A stretch of 64,000 nucleotides of DNA from Octopus bimaculoides (Eukaryota), in contig NC_068981.1 of NCBI RefSeq assembly GCF_001194135.2, forward strand, positions 170,556,614 through 170,620,613, written 5' to 3'. Positions 26,310-38,847 of the stretch are shown here, in pieces. Under the pieces are notes generated by a model. It was not told the origin of the DNA. It did not search any database and worked only from the letters and a program-made list of their open reading frames with translations. A program made the translations under genes and the position numbers. Position 1 is the first letter of the stretch. Each line of letters starts with the position of its first letter.

Positions 26310-26980
26310 TTGCTGTTATTGTTGCTATTTTATTCCTCAGAGTTCTCGATGTTACTTGCTCCGGTCAATTCTGTTAGAGCGGATAAGATCTCACATTTTC
26401 TCGTTCTACGATATTTCACACCCCATTAGCAATCTCATGATCATCGCTGTTCCCAATACTGCTGTTTTCTGGTCATGTTCTACACTTATGTCAATTCCAA
26501 TTTCTGTAACATATTTCTTAAATCTGGTTCTTAGTGATCCTTATACCATTACGGCTAATGAGATGACAGTACTCTCTTCATTGCCCACTTTCGTACAAAT
26601 TCCACCTTTTATAGGTTGCATTTTTTTCCATTTATTCCAGCTCTTTTTCACCCATACGGGCATCCTGAGGACCATTGTTTACAAATATGTGTCACTAAAG
26701 AATAGAACAATTTCGATGCGTCAAACAGATGTTCTACCTGAATTAGACATTTGGTGGTTGTTCGCAGTTTTTGGAGAACGAAGGCCCCGATACCTTTCTG
26801 GATATTAAAAAATATCGTAAAGAAAACTTGTCTGGGTTCAATTTGGATATTTTTAATCCAGGTAAAGCATGATTTCTGGATATGATCCCCGACCGTATTG
26901 TGCTGCCAAACGGAACGTAAATGGTGGAAGGCAGGTAACTAAGACTCCATAGCTGCGGGTCCAAGTTGCATTTAAAACCA
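26310..26980 (-). mobile_element. R4/Dong-type (RLE) LINE relic; 3' end clear, upstream part uncertain
   Basis: Minus frame ..GSLRTRFKKYVTEIGIDISVEHDQKTAVLGTAMIMRLL matches the C-terminus seen at 44.3-44.8 kb. It lies next to (AAT)n. Confidence 0.65.
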
Positions 26981-27310
26981 TCTGTCCACCGCTGCCCCCC
27001 TATATCTGGAAGAGGCTATCACTATCATGCTTTTTCCCTTCTTTCATTTTACTCATCAATATACACTATGTATTCATCACTGCTGTGTGTGTGTGGATGT
27101 GTGTATTTATTGTATTCTGTATGCGTGGATGTGTGTGCGTGCGTGTGTGTTCAGTCAATTATTTCGTGATAATTATGTTGATGACACTGTCTGGTACGCG
27201 GTGGTAACATTGTATTGGTGTATCTCAATGATATTTATTTTGCAGTTTTGTGAAAGCGAAAATTTCGTATTATTTTCTGATTTAAAAAAAATGTGCGAAC
27301 ACGTCAAATA

Positions 27311-27700
27311 GAGGCTGCGGACGGTATTTGAGAACAGATTTACTGTTAAAAAAAAACACTTATATAATAACAGGAAAAAACTGTATGCTTATAAAAATAA
27401 CATAAACATAAAGCTACATTATCAATTTAATAATTTCATTCAATATAAGCATCAATAACTCTCTCTACGCGGAGTGGAAATCGTTTACAATCTCGGATTA
27501 TGTGGTCCTTCTTCATATCGGACATGACTCGAACTATGGCGGCTTTCAAAAAATCTCTAGTGCTAAGGGGGTGGGGGTTCATTAACATTTTTCTCAACGA
27601 TGCTCCATACATAGTAGTCCAGTTGATTGGGATCTGGAGAATTAGGAGGTCAAATGCGGGGTCGGGTGATCATGCAAATTGTGGGCCATCCTTTTTTGTG
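27311..27700 (-). mobile_element. Second maT/DD37D-type mariner 3' relic
   Basis: I*PPNSPDPNQLDYYVWSIVEKNVN..LKAAIVRVMSDMKKDHIIRDCKRF..VERVIDA. The end abuts TA. Confidence 0.8.
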
Positions 27701-27843
27701 TCACTTCAGCCTTGTGTCGCTGAAATTTATATTGAGAACATATTCTTCATGGTTAGATGATTCGGCATCTATTTCTAGCATATAGGAGTCCACTTTTGCT
27801 GGTCATTCCTCTTATTTTTGTATATATATATATATATATATAT

Positions 27844-27895
27844 AGGGAGAATTCATAAAAAACAAACGACGAAGACAGGTGGTGTAGACAACAAT

Positions 27896-27956
<61 letters not shown>

Positions 27957-28627
27957 CGTGTGTGTTCGTGTGTGTATAGGGAGAATTCACAAGAAAAAAA
28001 AAGACGAAGACAGGTGATGTAGACAACAAAGAGCTGTATTAGTTTAACGCTCGGGCAGTGAAAAAGTCTTTAACGTTTCGAGCCTACGCTGTTCTACAGA
28101 AAGGAACACAGAAAGAATCAAGGAGATAAAATAAGTAATGTGTAGTGGCTAGGGATCTATCATGGCGAATGCCGGACAGAGGGGTCACAAGGGAGAGCTA
28201 GGAAGAAAGGGAGATAATAAAGTAGTGGTGATCACAAAACGAAGGTGCGCGTGCGTGTAAATAAGAGCGTATATATGTGCGTGTGGAAGAGGGCTGGTGA
28301 CGAAGACGCGTGTGTGTATTATAGGTGTGTGGATGCGGGGCTGGGAAGTCATCAGTGCTAATGTGTGCGTAGTGGTGTGATGGTATTGTTGGTGAAGCGA
28401 GAGTGGAGAAAGCAAGGTGGGGTGTGGGTTAGGCTGAGGGTAGGGGTAGAGGTTGGGTATGTGGGTAGGCTGAGAGTAGAGATAGAGGTGGGGTATGTGG
28501 GTAGATTGAGGGTGGGGGTACAGGTAGGGAATGTGGGAGTGAGTGTAAGGGATGGGGTCGGGCAGGATGGGATGGGTAGGGAAGGTGGAGTTGGATTGTG
28601 TAGGGTGAGGGGGGTTACGAGGGAGAG

Positions 28628-28630
<3 letters not shown>
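27844..28630 (-). mobile_element. PLE-type terminal region: full repeat (27978-28135) plus partial tandem repeat (27844-27895), preceded by a low-complexity tract
   Basis: GGGAGAATTCA..GACGAAGACAGGTG.TGTAGACAACAA occurs twice, separated by microsatellite. Hammerhead-like motif at 28067-28104. Confidence 0.6.
28067..28104 (-). ncRNA. Minimal hammerhead-like motif, mutated copy
   Basis: CCTTT-CTGTAGA-A-CAGC-GTAG-GCTC-GAAA-CG-TT-AAAGA. Confidence 0.5.
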
Positions 28631-28672
<42 letters not shown>

Positions 28673-29761
28673 GGAGAGAGAGAAAGTGATAGAATACATC
28701 CGTTTCAATGGAGCAGAATATATATTAATTGAACATCGTTACAATGATAGAGCCGTTTATTTGACTCCGGACGCATTCTAACAAGGAGAACATCAAGGGA
28801 GAAATGAGTATTACATCATATTTGGTCAGGTACTGTAAAATTTCTTTCATTTTGCGCTTTAAAGAAGAAAGGCATAATCCCCATAAGTGAACCAAAAATG
28901 AATCAGTTACCAATCGGTAATCGTATCGCAAATGCAGATTACTGTGAGATTATACATGTCATGCTTTGCTGTATTAATATGATGTAACACAGGATTGTTT
29001 TTAAAGCTAATCTGTTTCACGGTAATGTCATGTTCAACACTTAAGCGATGACGTTATGCCCGTTTCACGAATAGTAAATACATGCAATGTAATATGGGAA
29101 CGTGATTCAATCATATCGCTGATCGAAAGCGTAGGTTTCCCTTCAATATTATCAGGATGATAGTTTTGTTATAAAGAATAAAAATTGATAGTATTCTAAA
29201 ATCTGTAATACTAATAACGCAAGTGATATTTACTTTGCTTTCGTTGATGAGTCAGGCTGAAGCTAATTCATTTTGTATATGTATCGGTTAAATCTATTAC
29301 AGGTTGAAGTGAGATGAACGATAAAATCTAATATATCTAACTTTATATAACGTGCATAGTGATATTTCCATGCAATTCGAACATGCATAAATGTAAATGA
29401 TGTAGGGGCAGAGAGAAAGATAGAGAAATGTATGCCTGTATGTTTATGTACTGTGCATCACACGCACGCACAGGACCACACATGCGCGCGCTCGTGTGTG
29501 TGTGAGTGTGTATGTTTGGTTTGCAAGACACTCGATGTGAATTCGTGTGTTGAAACAAATGCTGTTGTATCGAGTGGAGGGTCATTATGACAACAATAAA
29601 ACTAACTACACCACACAAGCACGTGCATACACGCACACTCGAACACTTACAGACATATACTCACATACATGTAAGCAGTTAAGCGAATATACACACATAC
29701 ATTTGAGAGGATTTGTTTTGATGCGGTCACGGATAGCGATGAAACGACTTCCACATACCAA

Positions 29762-30677
29762 TAATTTGTAAAATACACAAGTACACATAATTATTTTTCG
29801 CCTGCTGATGCCCATACTGTCTGGGCAAACGGGTACTCTTTCACGTGACATGGTCATCATCCCAATCGACTCTCTTTGTTTTGGGAAATTTTCATGTCTA
29901 TAGACTACTACTGAGACATCACTAGGGCAAATATGCCCCTTACTGTGATATTACTAATGTTTGATCGTCTAAACAACAAATTAAAGAAGCGATTAATTAG
30001 TCGCTGAGACTAACAATGGATGTTTGGGCTAAATTTGACAATTTGTATGAAAGAAAAAAAATACATTATCCCATCAGCCATAACTGTACTTTCAAAAATT
30101 CAAGTAATATCAACCAGATTATGTCTGGAAGATAACACTTTGATCAAAATACCCGCCCTCACGTTCCACTACAGTAACAAGGCCAGGCCATATCCTGGCG
30201 CATGCGTTCTTCACTTTGTCCCTGAGACGATCGTTAACTCTTCTTTGATCTTGGGCATCAACTCAGCCTTGGTGTGCCAGTCAGTGAGATGGGTGTCATT
30301 TTTCAACCGTGGCCCACACAGTGATCCATGGGATTACAAACAAGGGAATTAGCAGGCCAGAATGTGATGCTGGTGAAGACGTAGAAATTCTCCGTTATGC
30401 TAGCGTATTCAATTCAAACATTGTTTTATTAAGGTACCCAATAGTTCATATATAAATGATAGCCAAATTATAGCAGTAATTTGTAAAATACACACGTGCA
30501 CGTAATTGTTCTTCACCCGCCGTTTCCCATACAGTACTGGCAAACAGACACTCTTTCACGTGTCATAGTTTTCATCCAAGTCGACTCTCTTTCCACTGGG
30601 AAGTTCCCATGTCTATAGACTTCACCTGAGACATCACCCGGGCAAATCTGTCAGTTTCTGTGATATTACGAATGTTT
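29762..30677. repeat. Diverged ~200-bp direct repeats (29762-29963, 30477-30677)
   Basis: Shared blocks TAATTTGTAAAATACAC, CTCTTTCACGTG, CGACTCTCTTT, CATGTCTATAGACT, CTGAGACATCAC and CTGTGATATTAC. Confidence 0.8.
30110..30390 (-). mobile_element. Third maT-like transposase C-terminal fragment
   Basis: Minus strand ..HTKAELMPKIKEEL / DKVKNACARIWPGLVTVVEREGGYFDQ. Confidence 0.6.
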
Positions 30678-31039
30678 TGCTTGGTAAATTGTTTTGCTAG
30701 TATATAAAAGGAAATATATCAGCTCTTTTCATGTAGCTTCTACTAATATTATTGCCCACATTTTCTGTGTCAGTGTTAATAATAATAACGTCCATAGAAG
30801 AAATGTGTTTAGTTCGTCTGGTGAATTATGTGACTGTATGTTTTATACTGTTCATTTACATTTTATGTTTTTATTTCATCTTTTGCAAAACGTGTTTGCT
30901 TCAATACCTCCTTGGGAGGGCGTTCCTGCTTGTAGTTGTTTTCGACGCTATTGTTTAAGTTCTTCGAATAGAAATCCCAAAATGTCAAACTAATAAAAAA
31001 AAAATGTTTCTCTTTCATACTAAAATAATCTTTACTTGT

Positions 31040-32808
31040 GTGAAATCCTTTCCATAGTATTCCAACGAAGCTGGGAATAATTCTCTTTGAACTTGCAAAA
31101 TATCCGAATATTTGAAACTATCAGAAGCTACTGAATTCGCCACTCGACAACAGCCACAACAACAACAATAACAATAACAATAATAACTTGGTAAGGATGA
31201 AGAAGTAAGGATTTCTTTGATTTGCAACAGTGATGTCGAATAAATGGCACTGTACAAAGAACGGTTATAATGTGTTCGTGTCTACATATGTACAGGAGAA
31301 GACAATTAAAATAAATCGAATGCGATAAAACAAAAATTATATAGTGTATGCAAAAATGATGATATAGTACTCCTGATACAGCGGGCTCTCCAACAAGGTA
31401 CAATCAAGGAAAATCACCTTTCTACCTTTATCACCAGGAGAGATTGCTCTCTCCTGATTGTTGTAGAATTATTTTCACTTCTAACACACATCTTTCAACT
31501 ATTTTGTGAAGTATCTGTCATTAATCCATCCAGTCATGCTCGCTACACAAACCCTTCCTCTATGTCCATGGATGGCAAAATATTTCCTTTTATTCCAGGT
31601 TAATAGGTGGGGATGGATGCAAACACTAGATTTTGTTGATAGCCAAATCCATGTGACAAGTGAAAACAGTTTTTTAAGCTACCTTTAATCACAACTCATT
31701 TCTGACACTGACAAATGTCGTGCAGTGTGGATAAACCGCCTGATCATCCTTTATAAACAACCTGAGATCTGTCGAGAACATTGTTGATGATTGTTCACGT
31801 ACTTCCTCTAACTTCATTGCTTGAATACTGGTGAATAGTGAGCGTTTGAGAACTTTCCTGTTGCCAGGGCCTCAAGTTTGGAATTTGCTTGTCATACATA
31901 GGACTATGTACTGTCAAAGTGCTGAGCTTCGGAAAGAATTGTTTTAAAAACAATGATCACACATGCTCATCTTTCTAGCAATACTCTTGTCGCCACAGCC
32001 GCAGAACGTGGCTGTGTACCAAAATCCACCACATACCGAGCAGAAAGAGATATAGATCTTCACTATTGGAAGTGTGTTTTGGCCTTTTCGTATCAAGGAG
32101 AAGCGGGGATTGAAAATCAAGTCGCAAAGCACGGCGGAGATGAAATGCGATACATATCATATTGTCGCTCGCCACCTCCATCGTATGTCAGGAATAGTTT
32201 CCCATTTAGTTGAGAGACAAAGGAGGTAAACTGAAGTAAATTTAACAGATGGAGAGCACAATTCCAAACGATTCTCACATGTAGCTCTCGGATCACCGAA
32301 TATATGACTAACATATAGCAACTGAAGACAAGATAGAAACCGACTGCTTGGAAGGTAGTTGCAAAGTAACAATGGTCGACACTTGTTAGCACACGTTTAA
32401 TCCCCGCCCACACCGGTCTATGGTGTAACATGGGATATGGATGATGCGGATAAATCTCCTCAGAAGTGCACTTATTTGACCCAAACCTAACGAACAAGTT
32501 CAAATATCAAACAATACTTATCCAACATTTCGTCAATACCTTGGACATATTTATGAACTTATGATTTAGAAAATTATACGCCAGAATGTTTAGTTATGTT
32601 CTCTGTCGCTGTAGTTTTCTCCAGAGTAGAGCTGCCATATTCCGTCTCAAAGAACTTGTAATACTCTGATTTTGCAGCCACGTGCACCAGACATCTCATA
32701 AAAGGTCACCGTAATAGGTTGTATTCGTTCAGCAACTGCTGTACTTCAGTTGCTGCCATTGGCCTTTCACTGCACCTCATGTATTCTGCCAAAATTCAGG
32801 CCTTCGAG
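31040..32808 (+). pseudogene. Long decayed coding-like segment, unidentified
   Basis: Open stretch of ~97 codons at 31306-31600 (KLYSVCKNDDIVLLIQRALQQGTIKENHLSTF..DGKIFPF). Further runs read ILVNSERLRTFLLPGPQVWNLLV and PPTPVYGVTWDMDDADKSPQK. The segment ends at the donor GAG|GTAAGC and has scattered stops. Confidence 0.4.
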
Positions 32809-33518
32809 GTAAGCACTAAAAATCTGTTTCCCTACATATTTTCCTTGCAAACACTCGAGGCAAGAGCTCCAGAAAAATAACATACAAGCAGCATACATCT
32901 GCTATTCGGTCCCAAAGAGCCGAAATGCACCTTTCTTATCGCGATGTGCACGCATCAAACAGCGTTCTTCAGTTCGACTGTTCAATGAATGAGATTGATT
33001 TGAAATGTGTAATTCATAGCCTCGTTAGCTCTGAGAGTACAAACATATTGTTTTACATCACTCGTTTGAGGTCACCGACACTCAAGAGTATCTGCAGGTG
33101 TGAAAACTTCAGCGCTTACCTATATATTATCAACCTGGGCAAACGTAGACATATCTGGAGTGGAAATTGACAGCAGTAAGATCTCCTGACTAGAGAAACT
33201 TATTTTATTTCACATAATGCATTAAAAGAGAATTCGCATAATTTCGGTGAGATGTTACCTGAAAGAAGATGAGATGGACACCGCAATAATATAAATGCTA
33301 GTCAGTTCCACATGATTTTTCAGAAATACGTTTTTCTCAACCCAGTTTTGTGTGGTAATGGCAATTCTGCATATATAGATTTTATGCAACTCAGCACCAG
33401 TTGGATAAAAAGCGATAAAGAGGTTGTGAGCAGAATTGCCATTATCACTTAGAACTGTGTCGAAAGAAGTCTGTCTCTGAAAATTCGTGTGTATGTGATA
33501 ATCTTTACATCATTGCAG

Positions 33519-33626
33519 TGGCTTACTACGTCATGACCATCTTTCTACCAAGAGGTTGCTGACCAAATTCATGTGCATTGTTCAAAGGAAGATCGAACGC
33601 AGATTGACAAATCCATACCAGAAAAA
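33519..33626 (+). CDS. Candidate exon (108 bp; open in phase 2-2)
   Basis: CATTGCAG|..|GTGAGG; GLLRHDHLSTKRLLTKFMCIVQRKIERRLTNPYQK. Confidence 0.35.
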
Positions 33627-34387
33627 GTGAGGAAGGATTTTATTACATCTGTATTTCATTATCAATTAAGCCCAACTGCCTAATATTTTCTGTTACTTTT
33701 ATAATGTTCTCCAGTGAATGCTAAGGGATTAGCAAGATTTAACAGGAAAATAAGACAAAAGGGGATGACATTTGAAATAAGAAATGCATTATTAAAAATC
33801 TGTTGTCGGAAAATAGTTTCTAGTAAAGAATAATGGAACGTTAATACAAATTACTATAAAACCCGAATAAAACAAACAAGTATTATTTTTTTTTAAGGAA
33901 GCTAATGAATATATAGTAGGGCTTGATTTAAAGGTTATTTGCAAGGAAAAGGAGTAAAATTTATTTAAAATCAATAAGCGCCAAATGAAATTGTAACAAG
34001 AGAATTTTATGCTAAAATAATGGCAATAATCATCAGTATTGCAAATAACTCATTAGAATGGACAAAATAGAGTTATAGAGGCCACAATCACTGCAAAAGT
34101 AGATGGAGTGCAGAACTCAAACCTGAAAATGAAATATTGAGGCATATAAAATGCCTGCTGTTTATAAGGTAGAATAAAAAATAATACGAAAACAAAATGT
34201 GAATTGAATGTGGAATTTAGGAAGAAAGATATCAACTGTGCTTTTAGGGATACTCAGTTTGAACCAAAATGATATATCTACATTCATGACATATTCGAAG
34301 AGGCCAATGTTTGAAAAGGGTTCCGGATTCATCAAATATCGATAACAAATGATATAGTAGAAGCAAAAACGAACAAAAATGTTTCAG

Positions 34388-34570
34388 AAAATTAGTTGCG
34401 GATTGTAATGTGGCATATGTTCAACCATACAAACAGTATTCACTGGATATTGTTTTGAACGACGACGAGGAAAGGATTGTTAGTAGAAGAGCCAGTTCAT
34501 TCAGACGGCGATTAGGAATGAAAGAGGTTATTGATAGAGGGGACCAGTGCATTGAAACAGCAGTATACCG
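34388..34570 (+). CDS. Candidate exon (183 bp, phase 2-2)
   Basis: TTTCAG|..|GTAAAA; KLVADCNVAYVQPYKQYSLDIVLNDDEERIVSRRASSFRRRLGMKEVIDRGDQCIETAVY. Confidence 0.45.
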
Positions 34571-34992
34571 GTAAAAGAATTTGGTCGAATATGCATATAT
34601 TAAGATCTAGAAAGGGAGACAATCCAAACGTCAGGAATGAAAGTAAATACAATCTCCATAAAAATATTTGCCTCGGGAACGGTTGTAAAAGATACCAACA
34701 TATACATAAGTGAAAGGTTTATGGCATCCTAAAATAACACTTCGTGATATTGTACACGTAGCACACAGTGCACAGTTAATGAAATTGAAAACAAAAATGC
34801 TCCAAATGCAGTCACAGATCATATTACTATGCGTCTTAGTGCGATAAAATGACACAGTAAACACAAACTATTGAATTGAACTAATTATGATAATCTAAAT
34901 CAGAATATCTCAGGAACTATTTTGACCCTAGATAAAAGATTGTCTAATATGAAACTTAATGATAAGGAAATTTCTAAATTCTCTTTCATTAG

Positions 34993-35073
34993 AAAAACAT
35001 TATTGGAAGACAACATTCTGTATTACTCCGACGCTCTATCGCAATTAGTTCTGTATGAGGACTGTGGTGATAG
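34993..35073 (+). CDS. Candidate exon (81 bp, phase 2-2)
   Basis: CTCTTTCATTAG|..AG|GTTATG; KTLLEDNILYYSDALSQLVLYEDCGD. Confidence 0.45.
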
Positions 35074-35158
35074 GTTATGCGGAGTTAATAAACATGTCCA
35101 CATATATTCACACTCAGCATCACATTACATCGTGAGCTAAACACACCAGGCGAAAATA

Positions 35159-35900
35159 TTAGGTTGGCAAAAATTCCCTTCTATATTTAAAGCGAAAATA
35201 AGACATAAATTAAACAGAAAGCGATTTATTCAGTCAATTTTATAATTACCGATTTGCACCAGTATCATCTGCCATTCTTTGTTCCATTATTTTCCACTTC
35301 AAACATCTTTTGTGTTTACTGGCGGAAAAACTCTTTTAGATGAAATTTTACATTCTCTTCAGATCTGAAGGTCTTTCCATTCAAGGAATGTTAAAGAAAC
35401 CGAAATAGATGGATCGCTTAAGTCTAAAAATCAGGTTAATATGGAGGGTATGGCAAAACCTCTCAGCCAAACCTGAGTAACCTCTGCATAGTCTGCAAAG
35501 AAGTGTGGTTTGTCATGATGAAAGATAATGCCCTTACAATTAGCACGAGCTGGACGCTTTCGATGAATCACTGCGTTTAATTTTACTAGCTGATCACAGT
35601 GCAAATCCTAATTGATAGCTCTCGTACTATCCATCGGAAGATGATTTTAAAGGACATCACCCTTCCAATCCCATCAAATTAAAGAATAATCTGCTGTGGA
35701 TGAAGCCCCGCTTTGGGGGTGGTTTGCGATGTTTCTCCTCGTGATAGTTTTCACCTCACACTATTATAGACAAACCATCTCCCGTCTTCTGTCACCACTA
35801 TCTTTTAAAAAGTCGTTTTCTCCACAAGTTTGCAACAAATTGCAGATGGAAATCAGATGAGCGAGGTTCGTGCAACGGCCAGACAAATTTTAGCTACTTA
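35159..35900 (-). mobile_element. Mariner (DD34D-type) relic with 3' TIR
   Basis: PKAGLHPQ..KRPARANCKGIIFHHDKPH..PPY*PDF..HLFR..HSLNGKTFRSEENVK. TIR-like TTAGGTTGGCAAAAATT at 35159. Confidence 0.8.
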
Positions 35901-36516
35901 TTACAGTGCTTGGAGCTTAGTGTCAACAAAAATACGAACGGACCTTTGGGACAAACCCATAGAATCCTCTCCCACACTTTTTATAAGGTACTCAGTGAAC
36001 ATTACACTTACCCAGTAAGATACTAAAGCACCTGTGACAAACACACTATCTTTCATATTCGTCATTTCAGACAATTATTATTTGTCCTTTTAATTATGGG
36101 TGATAAGTTACCAGAATCATCAGAGATTCGGACAAAGCGCCTTACCACACATTTGATGTGGTTGAAACCCCGTTTAGATCAGCGCAGAATAACGTAAATG
36201 TTACTTGTTTTCTCTGAGAAAGAGAGAAAATAGGGAGAGAAAGTAGGATAGACAGACACTTATAGATTGGAATAGAATTGATAGCAATATTCTTGAAAAT
36301 AATTGGAATATGAAACCGTGTCTTACATAGGTATCATTTTGTTCTTCTTTACTTTCCAACCATCCTCTTCCGTTGGGCATTATTTTTCTTATTTGTACAC
36401 AACCCAATGTATTACGCAGAAATGCTCTTGGTTTTACGCTCATAATGTTAAGGATTTTAAGTCTTTATCTCCTTATTTCACTAAAATCTCTCCGTTTATT
36501 TGATTCATTTTGAAAG

Positions 36517-36552
36517 ACATGGTACTGACAAACCAACATTTTACTACGATTG
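36517..36552 (+). CDS. Candidate micro-exon (36 bp, phase 2-2)
   Basis: TTCATTTTGAAAG|..|GTAAGT; HGTDKPTFYYD(W). Confidence 0.4.
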
Positions 36553-36993
36553 GTAAGTAAGTGCCTAGTAATCTTAAAAGTCGACTCGCAACTGTAAGGA
36601 ACATCTTCATATTGTCCAATATCGAGTAACATCAAACTACTATCAGAATGATTAAACAAATTCTACTTGAATGAAATCAAATTTATAAATACGCACATTA
36701 ATGGGTAATTTTAATTACATTTAACTTTGTGCTCTGAAGATCTTTCCTCTGTCTCTTGAAGATTCCGTGTCAAATGAATATCATATATCTAAACAATTAA
36801 ATTCGTGCACAAGTTAATTGTTAATTGTTAATACACTACTGCTGTTAGATAATTATCTCATCACAAATTCGATTTCTCTCACACCTTTAACTGAATGCTA
36901 ATAATTACTCAATTTATTATCATAGCAATATGGCTACCTAGATTTTAACATATCAGCAACTTCAAATGACAAGTATAGCAGGAGTATCAGAAA

Positions 36994-37025
36994 TAGTCGT
37001 AGTGGTGGTGGTGGTGGTAGTAGTG

Positions 37026-37086
<61 letters not shown>

Positions 37087-37093
37087 CAGTAGT
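36994..37093. repeat. (GTG)n/(GTA)n microsatellite
   Basis: Directly visible; source of the poly-V and poly-T pseudo-ORFs. Confidence 0.95.
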
Positions 37094-37582
37094 AAGAGAA
37101 AATGCGAAGAATATGGAAGGAAAATATTTTTGTATTAATGTTTTCATTATTACCACGTAAATATGATTTTGATTTTCTTGAAAATCATTGTAAGACAAAT
37201 ACAATCATAAACCAATATACAAAATGTATAAAGTATTTAATTTATGCCGTGAGAAGGAAAAATTCCGAATTATTGACATTGCATCATCGTCGGGAACAAA
37301 ATGGAAAACAAAAAAAAAAAGAGAAATAAGTGAAAGGATTCTACGTACAAAGCGTTCAAAGCAAAACGTGGAAGTGATGTAGAAAAGCGGAAATGTTGAT
37401 TTGGAGCCAACAAGAGAGAGGAAAGAGAAAAACATGGTGAATACGGAGGAAGTATGAGAAGGGACACTGCATTGGTGCATGTATTTGTATGTAGGTATGT
37501 CTGGCCATAAAGTACGGATACGCACCATTATGCACGTACTATATAGATGCACACACATATACATATAAACTACAGTTAGATG

Positions 37583-37686
<104 letters not shown>

Positions 37687-38507
37687 NNNNNNNNNNNNNN
37701 NNNNNNNNNNNNNNNNNNNNNNNNNNNNNNNNNNNNNNNNNNNNNNNNNNNNNNNNNNNNNNNNNNNNNNNNNNNNNNNNNNNNNNNNNNNNNNNNNNNN
37801 NNNNNNNNNNNNNNNNNNNNNNNNNNNNNNNNNNNNNNNNNNNNNNNNNNNNNNNNNNNNNNNNNNNNNNNNNNNNNNNNNNNNNNNNNNNNNNNNNNNN
37901 NNNNNNNNNNNNNNNNNNNNNNNNNNNNNNNNNNNNNNNNNNNNNNNNNNNNNNNNNNNNNNNNNNNNNNNNNNNNNNNNNNNNNNNNNNNNNNNNNNNN
38001 NNNNNNNNNNNNNNNNNNNNNNNNNNNNNNNNNNNNNNNNNNNNNNNNNNNNNNNNNNNNNNNNNNNNNNNNNNNNNNNNNNNNNNNNNNNNNNNNNNNN
38101 NNNNNNNNNNNNNNNNNNNNNNNNNNNNNNNNNNNNNNNNNNNNNNNNNNNNNNNNNNNNNNNNNNNNNNNNNNNNNNNNNNNNNNNNNNNNNNNNNNNN
38201 NNNNNNNNNNNNNNNNNNNNNNNNNNNNNNNNNNNNNNNNNNNNNNNNNNNNNNNNNNNNNNNNNNNNNNNNNNNNNNNNNNNNNNNNNNNNNNNNNNNN
38301 NNNNNNNNNNNNNNNNNNNNNNNNNNNNNNNNNNNNNNNNNNNNNNNNNNNNNNNNNNNNNNNNNNNNNNNNNNNNNNNNNNNNNNNNNNNNNNNNNNNN
38401 GTTTTCCATACTTTACAGTTGAAAAAGTCTCAATGACTGAAACCGGTACTAAAATATTCTTCATGATAAAATTATTTTAGCATTTTCTACGTTGACTTAT
38501 TTTCCTG

Positions 38508-38549
<42 letters not shown>

Positions 38550-38847
38550 AAGTCGCTATTTGTCAACAGTTGTCAAATTTAAACATTAGAAAAGACATTT
38601 AAGAGATGAGGAATTATGTACATTATTTACATTTGCCGGATATTTGTCATCATCTTGTTTGTTGTTCACACAACTTTTCGGCTGAGAAACCCTCCGGGCT
38701 TCATAAGAAGTCTTGGGGAAATTTATTATCATTATTATTCAGGTCACTGCCTGGAATCGAACTCGGAATCTTGAGCTTAGTAGCCCGGGCTCTTAACCAC
38801 TACACCATATGCCCATGGACAATTCCGACGTGAACTTTTAGGGCTTA

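Noticed and set aside
32600-33626. In-frame TGA codons as selenocysteine or an alternative genetic code
   Set aside because: TAA, TAG and frameshifts occur in the same segments and no SECIS-like element was evident; ordinary decay explains them.
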